Shown piece after piece: positions 30,081-40,993 of a stretch of DNA of 64,000 nt. How positions within the stretch are numbered: position 1 is the first letter of the stretch; each line of letters begins with the position of its first letter. Both the position numbers and the translations under genes were made by a program. Source of the stretch: Bacteroidales bacterium (GTDB taxonomy: Bacteria; Bacteroidota; Bacteroidia; Bacteroidales; UBA932); contig SUYP01000014.1 in assembly GCA_015060395.1 (NCBI GenBank), positions 2,966-66,965 on the forward strand, in the 5' to 3' direction. A model generated the notes under the pieces. That model was not told where the DNA came from. It worked only from the letters and a program-made list of their open reading frames with translations, and searched no databases.

Positions 30081-33026
30081 TTAGAAGTTCATTGTAAGAC
30101 CCAGAGTTACCTGAGCAGCAAGAGGATATGCACCAGAGTTGTCGATGCTTGGTGTCAGACCGTTTGAAGCGAGGATTGAAGGATCGTTTCCTGAGTAACC
30201 GGTGAGAGTGAAGAGATTCTTCGCTGAGAGATATACCCTCATCTTCTTGAGGATTTCATTGTTTGCAGGTGTGAAGTTGTAGCCGAAAGTAAGGCTTTCG
30301 AGCTTGAACCAGTCACCTTTCTCGAGGAAGTATGATGAAATCACACCGCCGCTGGCGTAAACGTTCTTGTCAGCGAGATAAGCTGAGCGGAGAACATTGT
30401 CAGAACCTGAACCGATAAGACCCATACCGTACTTCTGCATATTGAAGATATCGAATCCGAGGGCTCCTCTGAAGAATACGTTGAGGTCGAAGTTCTTGTA
30501 TCGGAATGTGTTGTTCCACGATACGAAGTGTGTAGGGACACCGTTGCCGATGTACTTCTTCTCTGCAGGATCTGCGGTAGAAGCGAGTACAGGACCGTTT
30601 GCTGTATGTACGAGGATATTTCCGTCCTCATCCACGCCGGCGTGCTCGAAACCGAAGAACTGACCTACCTTGCTGCCCTCCTGTACGCGGAAGAAATACT
30701 CGTTGGCACCTACACCGCCCTTTGAACCCATATCAACGTATGAAGCCTTGTAGATATTGTTCGAGAGATTCTTCATAATGGTGTTTCCTGTTGACCAGTT
30801 CGCACCCATTGTCCAGGTGAAGTCCTTTGTAGAGAAGATGTCTCCGTCGATGGCAACCTCTATACCCCTGTTCTGGGTTGTACCTACGTTCACGAGAATG
30901 CTTGAGTAGATGTATGGAGGCTGAGGAGCTGTATAATTATAAAGGAGATCCTGCGACTGTCTGTCGAAGAGGTCGATCGATCCGCGGAGACGTCCGTTAA
31001 GGAGGACGAAGTCAACACCGATGTTCATACTTACGAGCTTCTCCCAAGCAAGACCAGGGTTTGCGTTGAGTGATGGAGCATATCCTGTCACCCACTGTCC
31101 GTTGAAGAAGTAGCTGTTACGTGTGCTGTAGGTCGAGAGAGACTGGTATGAACCGAAGCCCGAACGTCCTGTAACACCGTAGGATACACGTGGCTTGAGG
31201 CTCTGTACGATATGTCCGTGATCCTTGAGGAAAGGCATATTGGCCATTTCCCAAGCGATGGAAGCAGCAGGGAAGTAACCCCACTTGTTGTTGGTACCGA
31301 ACTTTGTAGATCCCTCATAGCGGAGAGATGCTGAAGCCATAATGATGTCCTTCCAGTTATAGTTTACACGGCCGAATACAGACACGAGCTTTGAAAGAGA
31401 TTTTCCAGAGTACATTGAAGCCTTTCCGTCAGCGAGGTATGAACCGGCTCCGATGTTATTGTACTTCATATTGTCGAATGTGAAGTTCTGGTTTGACATT
31501 CCCATCGACTCGTTGTTCGAATCTTCCCAAGTGTAGCCGGCTACAGCCTGGATGCTGTGGTCCTCAAGATACATAGAGTAGTTCACGAGCCACTCGAAGT
31601 GGTTGCTCCAGTACTTGCTGTAGTCGAGAGAAGCTGTTCCCTTGTAACCGTTCCAGAATGAAGTTGCAGAATCGGAAGTCCTGTAATTGTTTGACTTGAA
31701 GTCGTTATAGTCAAGAGAGTAGCTTACTGTAGTGTTGAGGTTATGTACATCTGTAGTGAGGATGTTCACCTTTCCTGAAACTGTGCCGAGGAGATAGAGT
31801 CTCTGGCCGTTGCTGTTGCCCTCGAGGAGAACCATTTCCTTGTATGGGTTGGTCGCTCCGGTAGGGGATGTAGGCTGATAGAACGAGCCGTCCTCGTTAT
31901 AGACAGGCATTGTAGGGTTCATAGTGAGGGCTGTTCCGAACAAACCGTCATTGCCCCACTCCTCATTCACGCGGCGTGCGTTGATCGAAGCATTCACCTG
32001 AAGTCTGTTCTTGAATGCCTTCTGTTCCACAGCTACGCGTCCTCCGAACTCCTTACGGCCGGAACGGATGTCGAGACCCTTGGCGTCCTTGTAGTTGATG
32101 GATGCATTATATGAACCTCCCTTTGTGCTGCCGTCAATGGCAAGATACTGGTTGTGGTCATATCCGAAATCCCTCATAAGGAGGCTGTACCAGTCTGTGC
32201 TGTAACCATAGTCTGTACCTCTTCCTGACCTGCGGAACTCGTCAGCAGAAAGGATTTCAGGGTGTGGTTTCGCGAAGTTCATACCGAACCAGCTGTCGTA
32301 TGTGATGCCTGAAACGCCTTCTCCGCCCTCAGAACCCTTGCGGGTAGTGATGAGGATGACACCGTTTGCACCTCGTGTACCATAAATAGCGGCAGATGCG
32401 GCATCCTTGAGCACTGTCATAGACTCGATATCCTGAGGCGCTATTGTCCTGATGTCACCGCCAGGGACACCGTCAATTACAACAAGAGGGCTGTTGCCGG
32501 CCTGAAGTGAAGTAGCTCCACGGACCTGGAGGCTTGAGCTTGAGTTTGGGTTAGCAGCGGCGGATGTAGTGACGTTAAGTCCGGCAACCTTACCGGTGAG
32601 CATCTCCATCGGGTTGTTCATCGCACCCTTGAAGAGGTCATCCTTGCCCACCTGAACGATAGAACTTGAGAGTTCTTTCTTGCTGAGGGAGCCGTATCCG
32701 ATCACGACTGTCTCCTCGAGGAACATAGTGTCTTCGGCGAGAACGATCTGTGAAGGAACTGCTGATGCCGGATAAGTCTGTGTCGCATAGCCGATGCAGC
32801 TGATTTCTACGATGGCATCACGACTTGAAACCTTGAGGGAGAAGCCGCCGTCGAGGTCGGTGGAAGTTCCGTTGGTTGTACCTTGCTCCAGAACGGTAGC
32901 AGCGGCAACCGGGCCAAACTCATCGACAACCGTTCCCTTAACCTCATAGCCGCTCTGAGCGGCTGCTGAAAGCGAGAAGACGCACGATAGTACGAATCCC
33001 GCAAATAAGGTCATTATTCGATTCAT
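30081..33026 (-). CDS. susC: SusC/RagA TonB-dependent transporter
   Basis: VVIGYGS, PLVVIDGVPG and VLKDAASAAIYGTRGANGVILITT plug signature; terminal F. Confidence 0.95.
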   Translation of the reverse strand: MNRIMTLFAGFVLSCVFSLSAAAQSGYEVKGTVVDEFGPVAAATVLEQGTTNGTSTDLDGGFSLKVSSRDAIVEISCIGYATQTYPASAVPSQIVLAEDTMFLEETVVIGYGSLSKKELSSSIVQVGKDDLFKGAMNNPMEMLTGKVAGLNVTTSAAANPNSSSSLQVRGATSLQAGNSPLVVIDGVPGGDIRTIAPQDIESMTVLKDAASAAIYGTRGANGVILITTRKGSEGGEGVSGITYDSWFGMNFAKPHPEILSADEFRRSGRGTDYGYSTDWYSLLMRDFGYDHNQYLAIDGSTKGGSYNASINYKDAKGLDIRSGRKEFGGRVAVEQKAFKNRLQVNASINARRVNEEWGNDGLFGTALTMNPTMPVYNEDGSFYQPTSPTGATNPYKEMVLLEGNSNGQRLYLLGTVSGKVNILTTDVHNLNTTVSYSLDYNDFKSNNYRTSDSATSFWNGYKGTASLDYSKYWSNHFEWLVNYSMYLEDHSIQAVAGYTWEDSNNESMGMSNQNFTFDNMKYNNIGAGSYLADGKASMYSGKSLSKLVSVFGRVNYNWKDIIMASASLRYEGSTKFGTNNKWGYFPAASIAWEMANMPFLKDHGHIVQSLKPRVSYGVTGRSGFGSYQSLSTYSTRNSYFFNGQWVTGYAPSLNANPGLAWEKLVSMNIGVDFVLLNGRLRGSIDLFDRQSQDLLYNYTAPQPPYIYSSILVNVGTTQNRGIEVAIDGDIFSTKDFTWTMGANWSTGNTIMKNLSNNIYKASYVDMGSKGGVGANEYFFRVQEGSKVGQFFGFEHAGVDEDGNILVHTANGPVLASTADPAEKKYIGNGVPTHFVSWNNTFRYKNFDLNVFFRGALGFDIFNMQKYGMGLIGSGSDNVLRSAYLADKNVYASGGVISSYFLEKGDWFKLESLTFGYNFTPANNEILKKMRVYLSAKNLFTLTGYSGNDPSILASNGLTPSIDNSGAYPLAAQVTLGLTMNF

Positions 33027-33134
33027 AGATTTGAGTTGTGTGTTAATGGTTAATGTTAATGCTGCAAAATAACCTAATCCGTGCGTGTATATGAAAATAT
33101 TAAGGAGTTGTATTGAAGCTTTTTGTGAATATAA

Positions 33135-33190
33135 AATATAAAGCGCTGATAATCATAATCTTGATGATTGGATTATCAGCGCTTTGTATT
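33135..33190. repeat. 20-bp inverted repeat (1 mismatch) between the regulator and susC; terminator or operator
   Basis: aatataaagcgctgataatc (33135-33154) pairs with gattatcagcgctttgtatt (33171-33190). Confidence 0.65.
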
Positions 33191-33209
33191 AATGCTTTCT
33201 AACCTGTAT

Positions 33210-34760
33210 TCAGCCGATTTCAACAGCTTTTATACGTTTTTCGAACTCTTCGTTATCGACGATGCTCTTGGTTTTTGCCCTTGTCTTGTATGTATATATC
33301 GTATGCACGGAATAGTTGAGGAACTTCGAGATCCTCTCGCTGTCAGTGATGCCCAGACGTATCAGGGCAAATATCCTCATCTCTGAAGTAAGTGAATTTG
33401 CGTTAGGATCGATATATCCTTCAGGGAAGAGCTTTGCATATTCGCTTATGAACGAAGGGAAGATGTTGAGGAAGCATTTGTCGAATGATTCGTGCATACT
33501 TTCCCTTCTCTTGTTGACCTTGGCAAGTTTCGAGAGATTACGGAGGTCTTCGTACTGACGTGCAGTCAGCTTCTGGTTTATCGTCTTGTACATCTCCTCC
33601 ACTTCCGCAAGAAATTCGGCATTTACATAGAAGGAGTTACCGATATATTCATCCTTGATTCTGTTGGCCTCTGCCAGCTGCCGGCTTTTCTTCTGCAGTT
33701 TCTTGTGCTGCTTTCGGAATATGATGAAGACTGTCACCACCATTGCCAGCATCAGAAAGCAGAGTATGTTTATTATTCCTATCTGGTTCCTCTGCCTTGT
33801 TATGGCATCAAGTCTTGCCTTCTCGATGATCGGCAGTATGGGGTTGATACTGAGCTTCCTATGCCTTGCGTTGTAGAAATCCGCATCAGCCAATGCAGTA
33901 TGTATATATGTATATGCCCTGTCGGGATAGTCTTCGCAGAGCATTTCGGCAAGACGGTACAGTGCTGTGGTTTCCTTGGTGGCTGACAATATGTCGTATA
34001 TGGCTGCTTTAGCCAGATATATCATCGAACTGTCGGTCTGCCCGAGTACCTTATATGCACCTCCGATGCTGGAGTGGATGATGGCCTTGTTGTGATCATT
34101 GATCTTATGCTGTTCAAGCAGGGTCTTGTAGAAGTCGATGCATTGTCTGTAATGCCAGTGCTTGATCTCACACTGTGCTACGGCGAATGTGTAGTCGTAG
34201 CTGTCTTTGGGAACAATAGCCATAAGTGAGTCGGCATAAAGTGTTCCGAGTCTTGTATATTCGTGACTCCATCCCTCTGTGTCATTGAAGTCGGAAGCAT
34301 CGTAGTACAGACGGTTATAGAGGGCGTAATAATCCTTTTTGACATCAGGAGAAGCCTTGCTTGCATCGACTTTCTTCATTTCGTCGAAAGCTTCGAGGAA
34401 AAGTCCTGATGACATATAGCAGAAAACCAGCGCACAACGTGACCTGACCATTTTGTCCTGATCGTTCATCTGCCTGGCAAGGTCAAGGGACCGGTTGGCA
34501 TAGAAATACGCCGAATCATATCGGAAAGACTGATATTCTTCGAAGAGGGAGTAGTTGATGTCGTATGTATCGCTGCAGGTTGCTCCCTCCAGCTTCTGTC
34601 TCAGCTGGTCTATCCTCTCCTGCTTCTCCTGTACATATATATCGCTGTTTTCAATATATGAATCCAGATCTTTCAGGATGGATTTGAGGTCATCTGCCTT
34701 TGCCGGAGATGTAAACAAGGCTGCTGCACAGGCTGTCATTATGATCAGTAGTCTTTTCAT
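33210..34760 (-). CDS. SusR-like membrane-spanning regulator (TPR-TM-DUF6377)
   Basis: Signal peptide, TPR region, one TM segment; FDKCFLNIFPSF and EMRIFALIRLGITDSERISKFLNYSVHTIYTYK. Confidence 0.88.
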   Translation of the reverse strand: MKRLLIIMTACAAALFTSPAKADDLKSILKDLDSYIENSDIYVQEKQERIDQLRQKLEGATCSDTYDINYSLFEEYQSFRYDSAYFYANRSLDLARQMNDQDKMVRSRCALVFCYMSSGLFLEAFDEMKKVDASKASPDVKKDYYALYNRLYYDASDFNDTEGWSHEYTRLGTLYADSLMAIVPKDSYDYTFAVAQCEIKHWHYRQCIDFYKTLLEQHKINDHNKAIIHSSIGGAYKVLGQTDSSMIYLAKAAIYDILSATKETTALYRLAEMLCEDYPDRAYTYIHTALADADFYNARHRKLSINPILPIIEKARLDAITRQRNQIGIINILCFLMLAMVVTVFIIFRKQHKKLQKKSRQLAEANRIKDEYIGNSFYVNAEFLAEVEEMYKTINQKLTARQYEDLRNLSKLAKVNKRRESMHESFDKCFLNIFPSFISEYAKLFPEGYIDPNANSLTSEMRIFALIRLGITDSERISKFLNYSVHTIYTYKTRAKTKSIVDNEEFEKRIKAVEIG

Positions 34761-34814
34761 AGGGTCTTGTTTAAAGTCCGGTAAACATAATCAAAAATCC
34801 TGTAACTGCAAAAC

Positions 34815-34850
34815 AAAAAATCCCGTGAGACCTCAAGAGACCTCACGGGA
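34815..34850 (-). terminator. Intrinsic terminator after nagB
   Basis: tcccgtgag/ctcacggga stem with a T-tract on the minus strand. Confidence 0.7.
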
Positions 34851-34871
34851 AATGTCTTGTAACTACCTGAT

Positions 34872-35663
34872 TCAGATGTTGTTCTTTTCGATATCCTTGA
34901 AATATCTGTAAGTGTTCACCTTGAGTTCTCCGACAGCGAGCTCGTCCGCTACGATGATTCCGTGAGGATGAGCCTGAAGTGCAGAAAGTGTGCAGGCCTG
35001 TGAGTATGCGCCTTCGATTGCAGCCTTGAGGGCATTAGCCTTCTTATGACCGAATGCAAGCACGAGCACTTCCTTTGCGTCCATAACTGTTCCGACTCCT
35101 ACTGTGAGAGCAGTTGTAGGAACCTTGCTGAGGTCTCCGTCAAAGAAGCGTGAGTTCACGAGGATAGTGTCGTATGTAAGGCTCTTCACTCTTGTACGTG
35201 ATACAAGCGATGAATAAGGCTCGTTGAATGCAAGATGTCCATCTTCTCCGACACCTCCCATAAAGAGGTCGATTCCACCAGCAGCCTTGATCTTTTCCTC
35301 GTAAGCAGCGCACTCTGCAGCGAGATCTTCTGCATTTCCGTTCAGGATGTTGATGTTTTCCTTCGGAACGTCAACGTGATCGAAGAAGTTTCTGGCCATA
35401 AACGAGTGGTAGCTTTCCGGATGCTCTTCAGGAAGTCCTACATATTCGTCCATATTGAATGTGATCACGTTCTTGAAAGATACCTCTCCGTTCTTGTACA
35501 TACGGATGAGCTCCTGATATGTAGCCACAGGGGTGCCTCCGGTAGGAAGACCGAGTACGAAAGGCTTGTCTGTCACAGCAGCCTTGGCCTTGATGCGTGA
35601 TACGATATAGCGTGCAGCCCATACAGAGCCTTTTGCGCTGTTTTCATTGATGATTACTCTCAT
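34872..35663 (-). CDS. nagB: Glucosamine-6-phosphate deaminase
   Basis: [18 protein letters not shown] and [13 protein letters not shown] motifs. Confidence 0.95.
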   Translation of the reverse strand: MRVIINENSAKGSVWAARYIVSRIKAKAAVTDKPFVLGLPTGGTPVATYQELIRMYKNGEVSFKNVITFNMDEYVGLPEEHPESYHSFMARNFFDHVDVPKENINILNGNAEDLAAECAAYEEKIKAAGGIDLFMGGVGEDGHLAFNEPYSSLVSRTRVKSLTYDTILVNSRFFDGDLSKVPTTALTVGVGTVMDAKEVLVLAFGHKKANALKAAIEGAYSQACTLSALQAHPHGIIVADELAVGELKVNTYRYFKDIEKNNI

Positions 35664-35667
35664 ATTC

Positions 35668-37581
35668 CTAGAAAAGTTTTACAAATACTTCAATTGCCTG
35701 ATATTCAGCCATTCCAAGCTCGTTGTAGAGACGGGCCGTATTCTGGGTCCTCTCTTCAGCCCTCTGCCAGAACTCTCTTGGGTCTTCGCCAGGGAAAGGA
35801 ACGATGTCCTTCTGAGAGAGGTGGCGGTAGATGGCGTGACGCTTCTTTATCACTTCGTCAGGGCTGAGCGGAACAGCCATATCCACCTTGCCGAGCTCCC
35901 ACTCCATCCAGGCTCCTCTGTAGAGCCATACGTGGCATTCCTTCAGCCAGGCTTCGTCCTGAAGCTGGTTGAGTGCCTCTAGCACAGCCTCTGTACATAC
36001 TCGATGTGTGCCGTGAGGGTCTGCGAGGTCGCCTGCAAGATAAATCTGATGAGGCTGCACCTTCTGGAGAAGCTCTACGATGATGTCGATGTCGGCCTGT
36101 GTGCGCTCTCCCTTCTTTATGCCTCCTGTCTCATAGAAAGGAAGGTTGAGGAAGTGTGTGTTGGTCTCGTCGTTGAGTCCGAACGAACGTACGGCACTCT
36201 TTGCCTCGGCACGACGGATCGCTCCCTTGAGGTTGAGAAGCGCTCTTGGCTCAGGCTGTCCGGGCTTCTTTGACGCTATTATTTCCTTTACCTCGTTGAA
36301 TCTGTCTCCGAAACCGAGCTCGCGTGCCGCATCCATATGCTGGAGGACCACGTCATCGTGAACGGCTACGTTTCCTGAGGTCTCGTATGCTACGTGCACA
36401 TCGTGTCCCTGCTCTGCAAGTCGGATGAATGTACCTCCCATCGAGATGACGTCATCATCAGGATGAGGTGAGAAGATTACGACTCTCTTAGGGAATGGTG
36501 TGGATGGAACCGGTCTTGTGCTGTCGTCTGCATTCGGTTTTCCGCCCGGCCATCCTGATATGGTGTGCTGGAAGTCGTTGAACACCTTGATGTTGATCTG
36601 GTCGTACGGACCGTACTGCTCGAGGAGCTCTCCGAGTCCGTGTGCGAGATAGTCGCCCTGAGTCAGCTTGAGGATAGGCTTGTGAACCTGTTCGCAGAGC
36701 CATACCACAGCCTTGCGGATGAATTTAGGAGTCCACTCGCAAGGACCTACAAGCCAAGGAGCGGTGTTTCTGGTGAGAAGGCTCGCAGAGTTCTCTTCCA
36801 GATAGAATGAGATGTTTTCGTGGCGCTGGAGGAATGAAGCCGGACATACCGGATTGACAGGGTCTTCAGCGATCTTCTTAACGATCTGAGCCTTGTCTTC
36901 ACCCCAGGCGATAAGATGGATCTTCTTTGCCGAGAGCATAGTAGAGATACCCATTGCGATGGCCTTGTCCGGAGTCTCGTTGAGATTTGCGAAGTTCTTT
37001 GCCTGTCTTTTCCTTGAGCCGTATGGAAGAAGTACGGTTCTTGTCCTGCTCTTGTCCGATGCCCCGGCCTCGTTGAATCCGACCTGCCCCTTTTCTCCTA
37101 TACCCATAACAAGAAGGTCAAGTCCTGTCGCCTTGGCGTCGAAGTCAGCGCAGAATGCAGTTACTGCCTCGCTGTCAAGTATTTCAGGAAGTTTCGGGAT
37201 ATGAACGTTCTCAGGCTTTACGTCGATCTTCGAAATGAGCTCTTCATAAAGCCTTCTGTTTCTGCTCTGATTGTCAGCAGGTGCCGGATAGTACTCGTCA
37301 ATGCTGAAGATCTCGACATTTGCGAATGATACCTTTCCTTCTGCATAATACTTTGCAAGAGCCTTGTAGAGGAAAATAGGAGAGGAACCTGTCGTGAGTC
37401 CGAGACGATAGATGCCGTTGCTGCCGTTTATGGCTTCAACGATTTTTTCTGCCAGACGCTCGCTCGCAGCATCTTCATCTTCGAAGATGTGGGCGGGTAT
37501 CCTTTCATAGCTGTGTTTGATACCATTTGGAAGACCGGCTTCAATCAGACCGCCGTCTTTCGGCAAAGAAAACTTCTTCAT
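35668..37581 (-). CDS. NagB-like + PIG-L/LmbE deacetylase fusion
   Basis: N-terminal [14 protein letters not shown] NagB fold; C-terminal SPHPDDD and DPHGTH deacetylase motifs. Confidence 0.88.
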   Translation of the reverse strand: MKKFSLPKDGGLIEAGLPNGIKHSYERIPAHIFEDEDAASERLAEKIVEAINGSNGIYRLGLTTGSSPIFLYKALAKYYAEGKVSFANVEIFSIDEYYPAPADNQSRNRRLYEELISKIDVKPENVHIPKLPEILDSEAVTAFCADFDAKATGLDLLVMGIGEKGQVGFNEAGASDKSRTRTVLLPYGSRKRQAKNFANLNETPDKAIAMGISTMLSAKKIHLIAWGEDKAQIVKKIAEDPVNPVCPASFLQRHENISFYLEENSASLLTRNTAPWLVGPCEWTPKFIRKAVVWLCEQVHKPILKLTQGDYLAHGLGELLEQYGPYDQINIKVFNDFQHTISGWPGGKPNADDSTRPVPSTPFPKRVVIFSPHPDDDVISMGGTFIRLAEQGHDVHVAYETSGNVAVHDDVVLQHMDAARELGFGDRFNEVKEIIASKKPGQPEPRALLNLKGAIRRAEAKSAVRSFGLNDETNTHFLNLPFYETGGIKKGERTQADIDIIVELLQKVQPHQIYLAGDLADPHGTHRVCTEAVLEALNQLQDEAWLKECHVWLYRGAWMEWELGKVDMAVPLSPDEVIKKRHAIYRHLSQKDIVPFPGEDPREFWQRAEERTQNTARLYNELGMAEYQAIEVFVKLF

Positions 37582-37622
37582 AATATGAGTTGTTGATAAT
37601 TAAAAAGCTTTAATAAATCACA

Positions 37623-37630
37623 CAAAGATA
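37623..37630 (-). promoter_or_regulatory. -7 promoter element of the nag operon
   Basis: TATCTTTG on the minus strand. Confidence 0.55.
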
Positions 37631-37728
37631 TAAAATATTTTTTATTTCATAATAAAATAGGACATAATGCTGCGAACTTGTCATAATGTGTCCTGATTTG
37701 TCCGCATACAAGACTGATATAAATTTTC

Positions 37729-37780
37729 CGTTATCGGTAACGACAAATGTTTCATTTCATTATTTTTCTATATATCTTTG
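37729..37780 (+). promoter_or_regulatory. kdu/kdg operon promoter (-7 TATCTTTG 37773-37780) with palindrome cgttatcggtaacg (37729-37742)
   Basis: Match to TAnnTTTG; near-perfect LacI-like palindrome upstream. Confidence 0.5.
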
Positions 37781-37810
37781 TCAGATACTAACAGTTTTGA
37801 TAACATTCTT

Positions 37811-38605
37811 ATGGTCAATTTTTCACTCGAAGGTAAGGTGGCTCTCGTAACCGGAGCAGCTTACGGAATAGGTTTCGCCATAGCAAAGGCATTGGCTGAG
37901 GCTGGAGCAAAGATAGCATTCAACTGCCGATCACAGGCAAATATGGACAAGGCTCTTGAAGCCTACAAGGCTGAAGGCATAGAGGTCAGAGGATATATAT
38001 GTGACGCGACAGATGAAGAAGGGGTGAAGGCTATGGTCGCCGACATCGCCGAGAAACTGGGGCCTGTGGACATCCTTGTCAACAATGCCGGCATCATCAA
38101 GAGGATCCCTATGCACGAAATGGCGGCAGAGGAGTTCCGTCAGGTGATTGACATTGACCTTGTGGCTCCATATATCTGCGCTAAGGCTGTCCTTCCGGGT
38201 ATGATGGAAAGAAGGTCCGGCAAGATCATCAACGTATGTTCGATGATGTCCGAACTCGGCCGTGAGACTGTGTCTGCATACGCTGCCGCAAAGGGAGGCC
38301 TCAAGATGCTCACAAGGAACATAGCTTCCGAATATGGCCAGTACAATATCCAGTGCAACGGTATCGGTCCGGGATATATCGCTACACCTCAGACCGCCCC
38401 GCTGCGCGAACGTCAGGCTGACGGAAGCCGTCATCCTTTCGATTCGTTCATAGTTTCAAAGACTCCTGCAGAGCGTTGGGGTACTCCGGAGGACCTTATG
38501 GGGCCTGTGGTGTTCCTTGCGTCAGGTGCTTCCGACTTTGTGAACGGACACGTCCTGTATGTTGACGGAGGTATTCTTGCCTACATCGGTAAACAGCCTA
38601 AATAA
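37811..38605 (+). CDS. kduD: SDR: 2-dehydro-3-deoxy-D-gluconate 5-dehydrogenase (KduD role) / gluconate 5-dehydrogenase
   Basis: TGAAYGIG, NNAGII and YAAAKGG motifs; same operon as kduI. Confidence 0.82.
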   Translation: MVNFSLEGKVALVTGAAYGIGFAIAKALAEAGAKIAFNCRSQANMDKALEAYKAEGIEVRGYICDATDEEGVKAMVADIAEKLGPVDILVNNAGIIKRIPMHEMAAEEFRQVIDIDLVAPYICAKAVLPGMMERRSGKIINVCSMMSELGRETVSAYAAAKGGLKMLTRNIASEYGQYNIQCNGIGPGYIATPQTAPLRERQADGSRHPFDSFIVSKTPAERWGTPEDLMGPVVFLASGASDFVNGHVLYVDGGILAYIGKQPK

Positions 38606-38611
38606 CGAAAG

Positions 38612-40027
38612 ATGGAAGAGGTATTCAGTTATATCATCGGTCTTGGGGCCGCCGTGATGATGCCGATAATCTTCACGATCCTTGGTGTATGCATCGGCAT
38701 AAAATTCAGCAAGGCTCTCAAGAGCGGTCTTCTTGTAGGAGTCGGCTTTGTGGGACTTTCAGTCATAACCTCGCTGCTTACAAGCACGTTGGGCCCTGCT
38801 TTAAGCCGTGTCGTCGAAATATATGACCTGCAGCTCAAGGTATTCGATATGGGCTGGCCTGCAGCTGCATCAGTGGCTTACAATACTTCGGTGGGAGCCT
38901 TCATAATCCCGGTCTGCCTCGGAGTCAACCTTCTGATGCTCCTGACAAAGACCACCCGGACGGTGAACATCGATCTGTGGAACTATTGGCACTTCGCCTT
39001 TATCGGAGCGGTGGTGTACTTTGCATCTGATAATATATGGTGGGGATTCTTTGCTGCGATAATCTGTTCGATCATCACTCTCATTCTTGCGGATTACACC
39101 GCTGACCGTTTCCAGAAATTCTATGAAAAGATGGACGGCATATCGATCCCTCAGCCTTTTGTACAGGGCTTTGTACCGGTTGCCGAGGTCGTAAATGCCG
39201 GCCTGGACAAGATTCCGGGTATGAACAGGCTCGATATTGATGCCGAAGGAATGAAGAAGAAGTTCGGACTTCTCGGAGAGCCTCTCTTCCTGGGAATCCT
39301 GGTTGGAATCATCATAGGTGCCCTTTCCTGCGAGAGCTGGAAGGAGATTGTGGACAAGATACCTTATATCCTCGGTCTCGGTATAAAGATGGGTGCCGTT
39401 ATGGAACTCATTCCGCGCATCACTTCGTTGTTCATAGAAGGGCTGAAGCCTATTTCCGATGCCACCCGCGACCTTATAAACAGAAAATTCAAGGGAGCAA
39501 AGGGACTGAACATCGGAATGAGCCCGGCTCTGGTGATCGGTCATCCTACCACCCTTGTGGTCTCTCTTCTTCTCATTCCTGTTACTCTCGTGCTTGCGGT
39601 CGTGCTTCCCGGCAATGAATTCCTTCCGCTCGCTTCTCTTGCAGGAATGTTCTATGTCTTCCCGATGATTCTTCCGATCACAAAAGGAAATGTCTTCAAG
39701 ACTTTCATCATCGGTCTGGTGGTCATCCTCATAGGCCTGTACTTCGTAACAGACCTTGCCCCGTTCTTCACTCAGGCGGCTCAGGATGTGTTTGCCAGGA
39801 CAGGAGATGCCGCCGTAGCCATTCCTGAAGGCTTCGAAGGCGGTTCGCTTGACTTCGCTTCAAGCCCTCTGGCCTGGATCATCTTCCACCTTTCATATTC
39901 TTTGAAATGGATCGGAGCAGCAGTCCTTGTGCTCCTTACGATGCTCCTTATGTTCCTGAACCGTCGTGCAATCATCAGGTATCAGAATGCCCCTGCTGAT
40001 GCCAAGGCAGAAAATACAGAAAAATAA
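38612..40027 (+). CDS. Orphan PTS galactitol-family EIIC (GatC-like) membrane protein
   Basis: Polytopic; DMGWPAA and NIDLWNYWH motifs of the Gat EIIC family; no EIIA/EIIB nearby. Confidence 0.82.
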   Translation: MEEVFSYIIGLGAAVMMPIIFTILGVCIGIKFSKALKSGLLVGVGFVGLSVITSLLTSTLGPALSRVVEIYDLQLKVFDMGWPAAASVAYNTSVGAFIIPVCLGVNLLMLLTKTTRTVNIDLWNYWHFAFIGAVVYFASDNIWWGFFAAIICSIITLILADYTADRFQKFYEKMDGISIPQPFVQGFVPVAEVVNAGLDKIPGMNRLDIDAEGMKKKFGLLGEPLFLGILVGIIIGALSCESWKEIVDKIPYILGLGIKMGAVMELIPRITSLFIEGLKPISDATRDLINRKFKGAKGLNIGMSPALVIGHPTTLVVSLLLIPVTLVLAVVLPGNEFLPLASLAGMFYVFPMILPITKGNVFKTFIIGLVVILIGLYFVTDLAPFFTQAAQDVFARTGDAAVAIPEGFEGGSLDFASSPLAWIIFHLSYSLKWIGAAVLVLLTMLLMFLNRRAIIRYQNAPADAKAENTEK

Positions 40028-40039
40028 AAACTGACAGAT

Positions 40040-40981
40040 ATGAAAAGAATCTTATTAATCACAGCAATGACATTTATGACAGTCGCAGCCTCAGCACAGC
40101 TGAACTACAAGGTTCAGACAGCTTGCCATCCGGATGATGTCAAGCACTATGACACAGAGCGTCTCCGCAGCGCATTTCTTATGGAAAAGGTTATGGCTCC
40201 GGATGAAATCAACCTTACCTATACACTATATGACCGTCTTATATATGGCGGTGTTATGCCGGTGTCCAAGACACTTGTCCTGGAGACTTTCGATGAACTC
40301 AAGGCCGAGCATTTCCTTGACAGACGCGAGCTTGGCGTCATCAATGTGGGAGGTGACGGTGTGGTGACTGTCGATGGAGAGGAGTATCAGATGAGTTTCA
40401 AGGAGGGTCTCTATGTAGGATGCGGCAAGAAGGAAGTCACTTTCAGAAGTGTCGATCCTGCCAATCCTGCAAAGTTCTACATCAACTCTACTCCGGCCTA
40501 TAAGGAGTATGTGACCCAGCTCATCACGACTGACAAGAACGCAGATCCGAAGAAGTATGCGATCGCGCAGTCTGACCACTATGGAAAGATGGAGGACAGC
40601 AACGACCGCATCGTGAACCAGCTCATAGTAAGTTCGGTTCTCGGCAAGAAGAAGGGCGGCGGAACAAACCAGCTCCAGATGGGTCTCACCGAGCTCCTTC
40701 CTGGTTCTGTATGGAACACGATGCCGGCTCATACCCACACACGCCGTATGGAGGCATACTTCTACTTCAATGTGACCCCAGGCAATGCGATCTGCCATCT
40801 TATGGGAGAGCCTAAGCAGCAGAGACTTGTATGGATGCAGAACGAGCAGGCCATCACATCTCCGGAGTGGTCCATCCACGCTGCAGCCGGAACCAGCAAC
40901 TATATGTTCATCTGGGGTATGGGAGGAGAGAACCTCAACTATGGCGACAAGGACGAGATTCCATATACAGAAATGAGATAA
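40040..40981 (+). CDS. kduI: 5-dehydro-4-deoxy-uronate isomerase with an N-terminal signal peptide
   Basis: [36 protein letters not shown] and WGMGGEN motifs; [20 protein letters not shown] leader. Confidence 0.92.
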   Translation: MKRILLITAMTFMTVAASAQLNYKVQTACHPDDVKHYDTERLRSAFLMEKVMAPDEINLTYTLYDRLIYGGVMPVSKTLVLETFDELKAEHFLDRRELGVINVGGDGVVTVDGEEYQMSFKEGLYVGCGKKEVTFRSVDPANPAKFYINSTPAYKEYVTQLITTDKNADPKKYAIAQSDHYGKMEDSNDRIVNQLIVSSVLGKKKGGGTNQLQMGLTELLPGSVWNTMPAHTHTRRMEAYFYFNVTPGNAICHLMGEPKQQRLVWMQNEQAITSPEWSIHAAAGTSNYMFIWGMGGENLNYGDKDEIPYTEMR

Positions 40982-40993
40982 ACGAAGATAATT

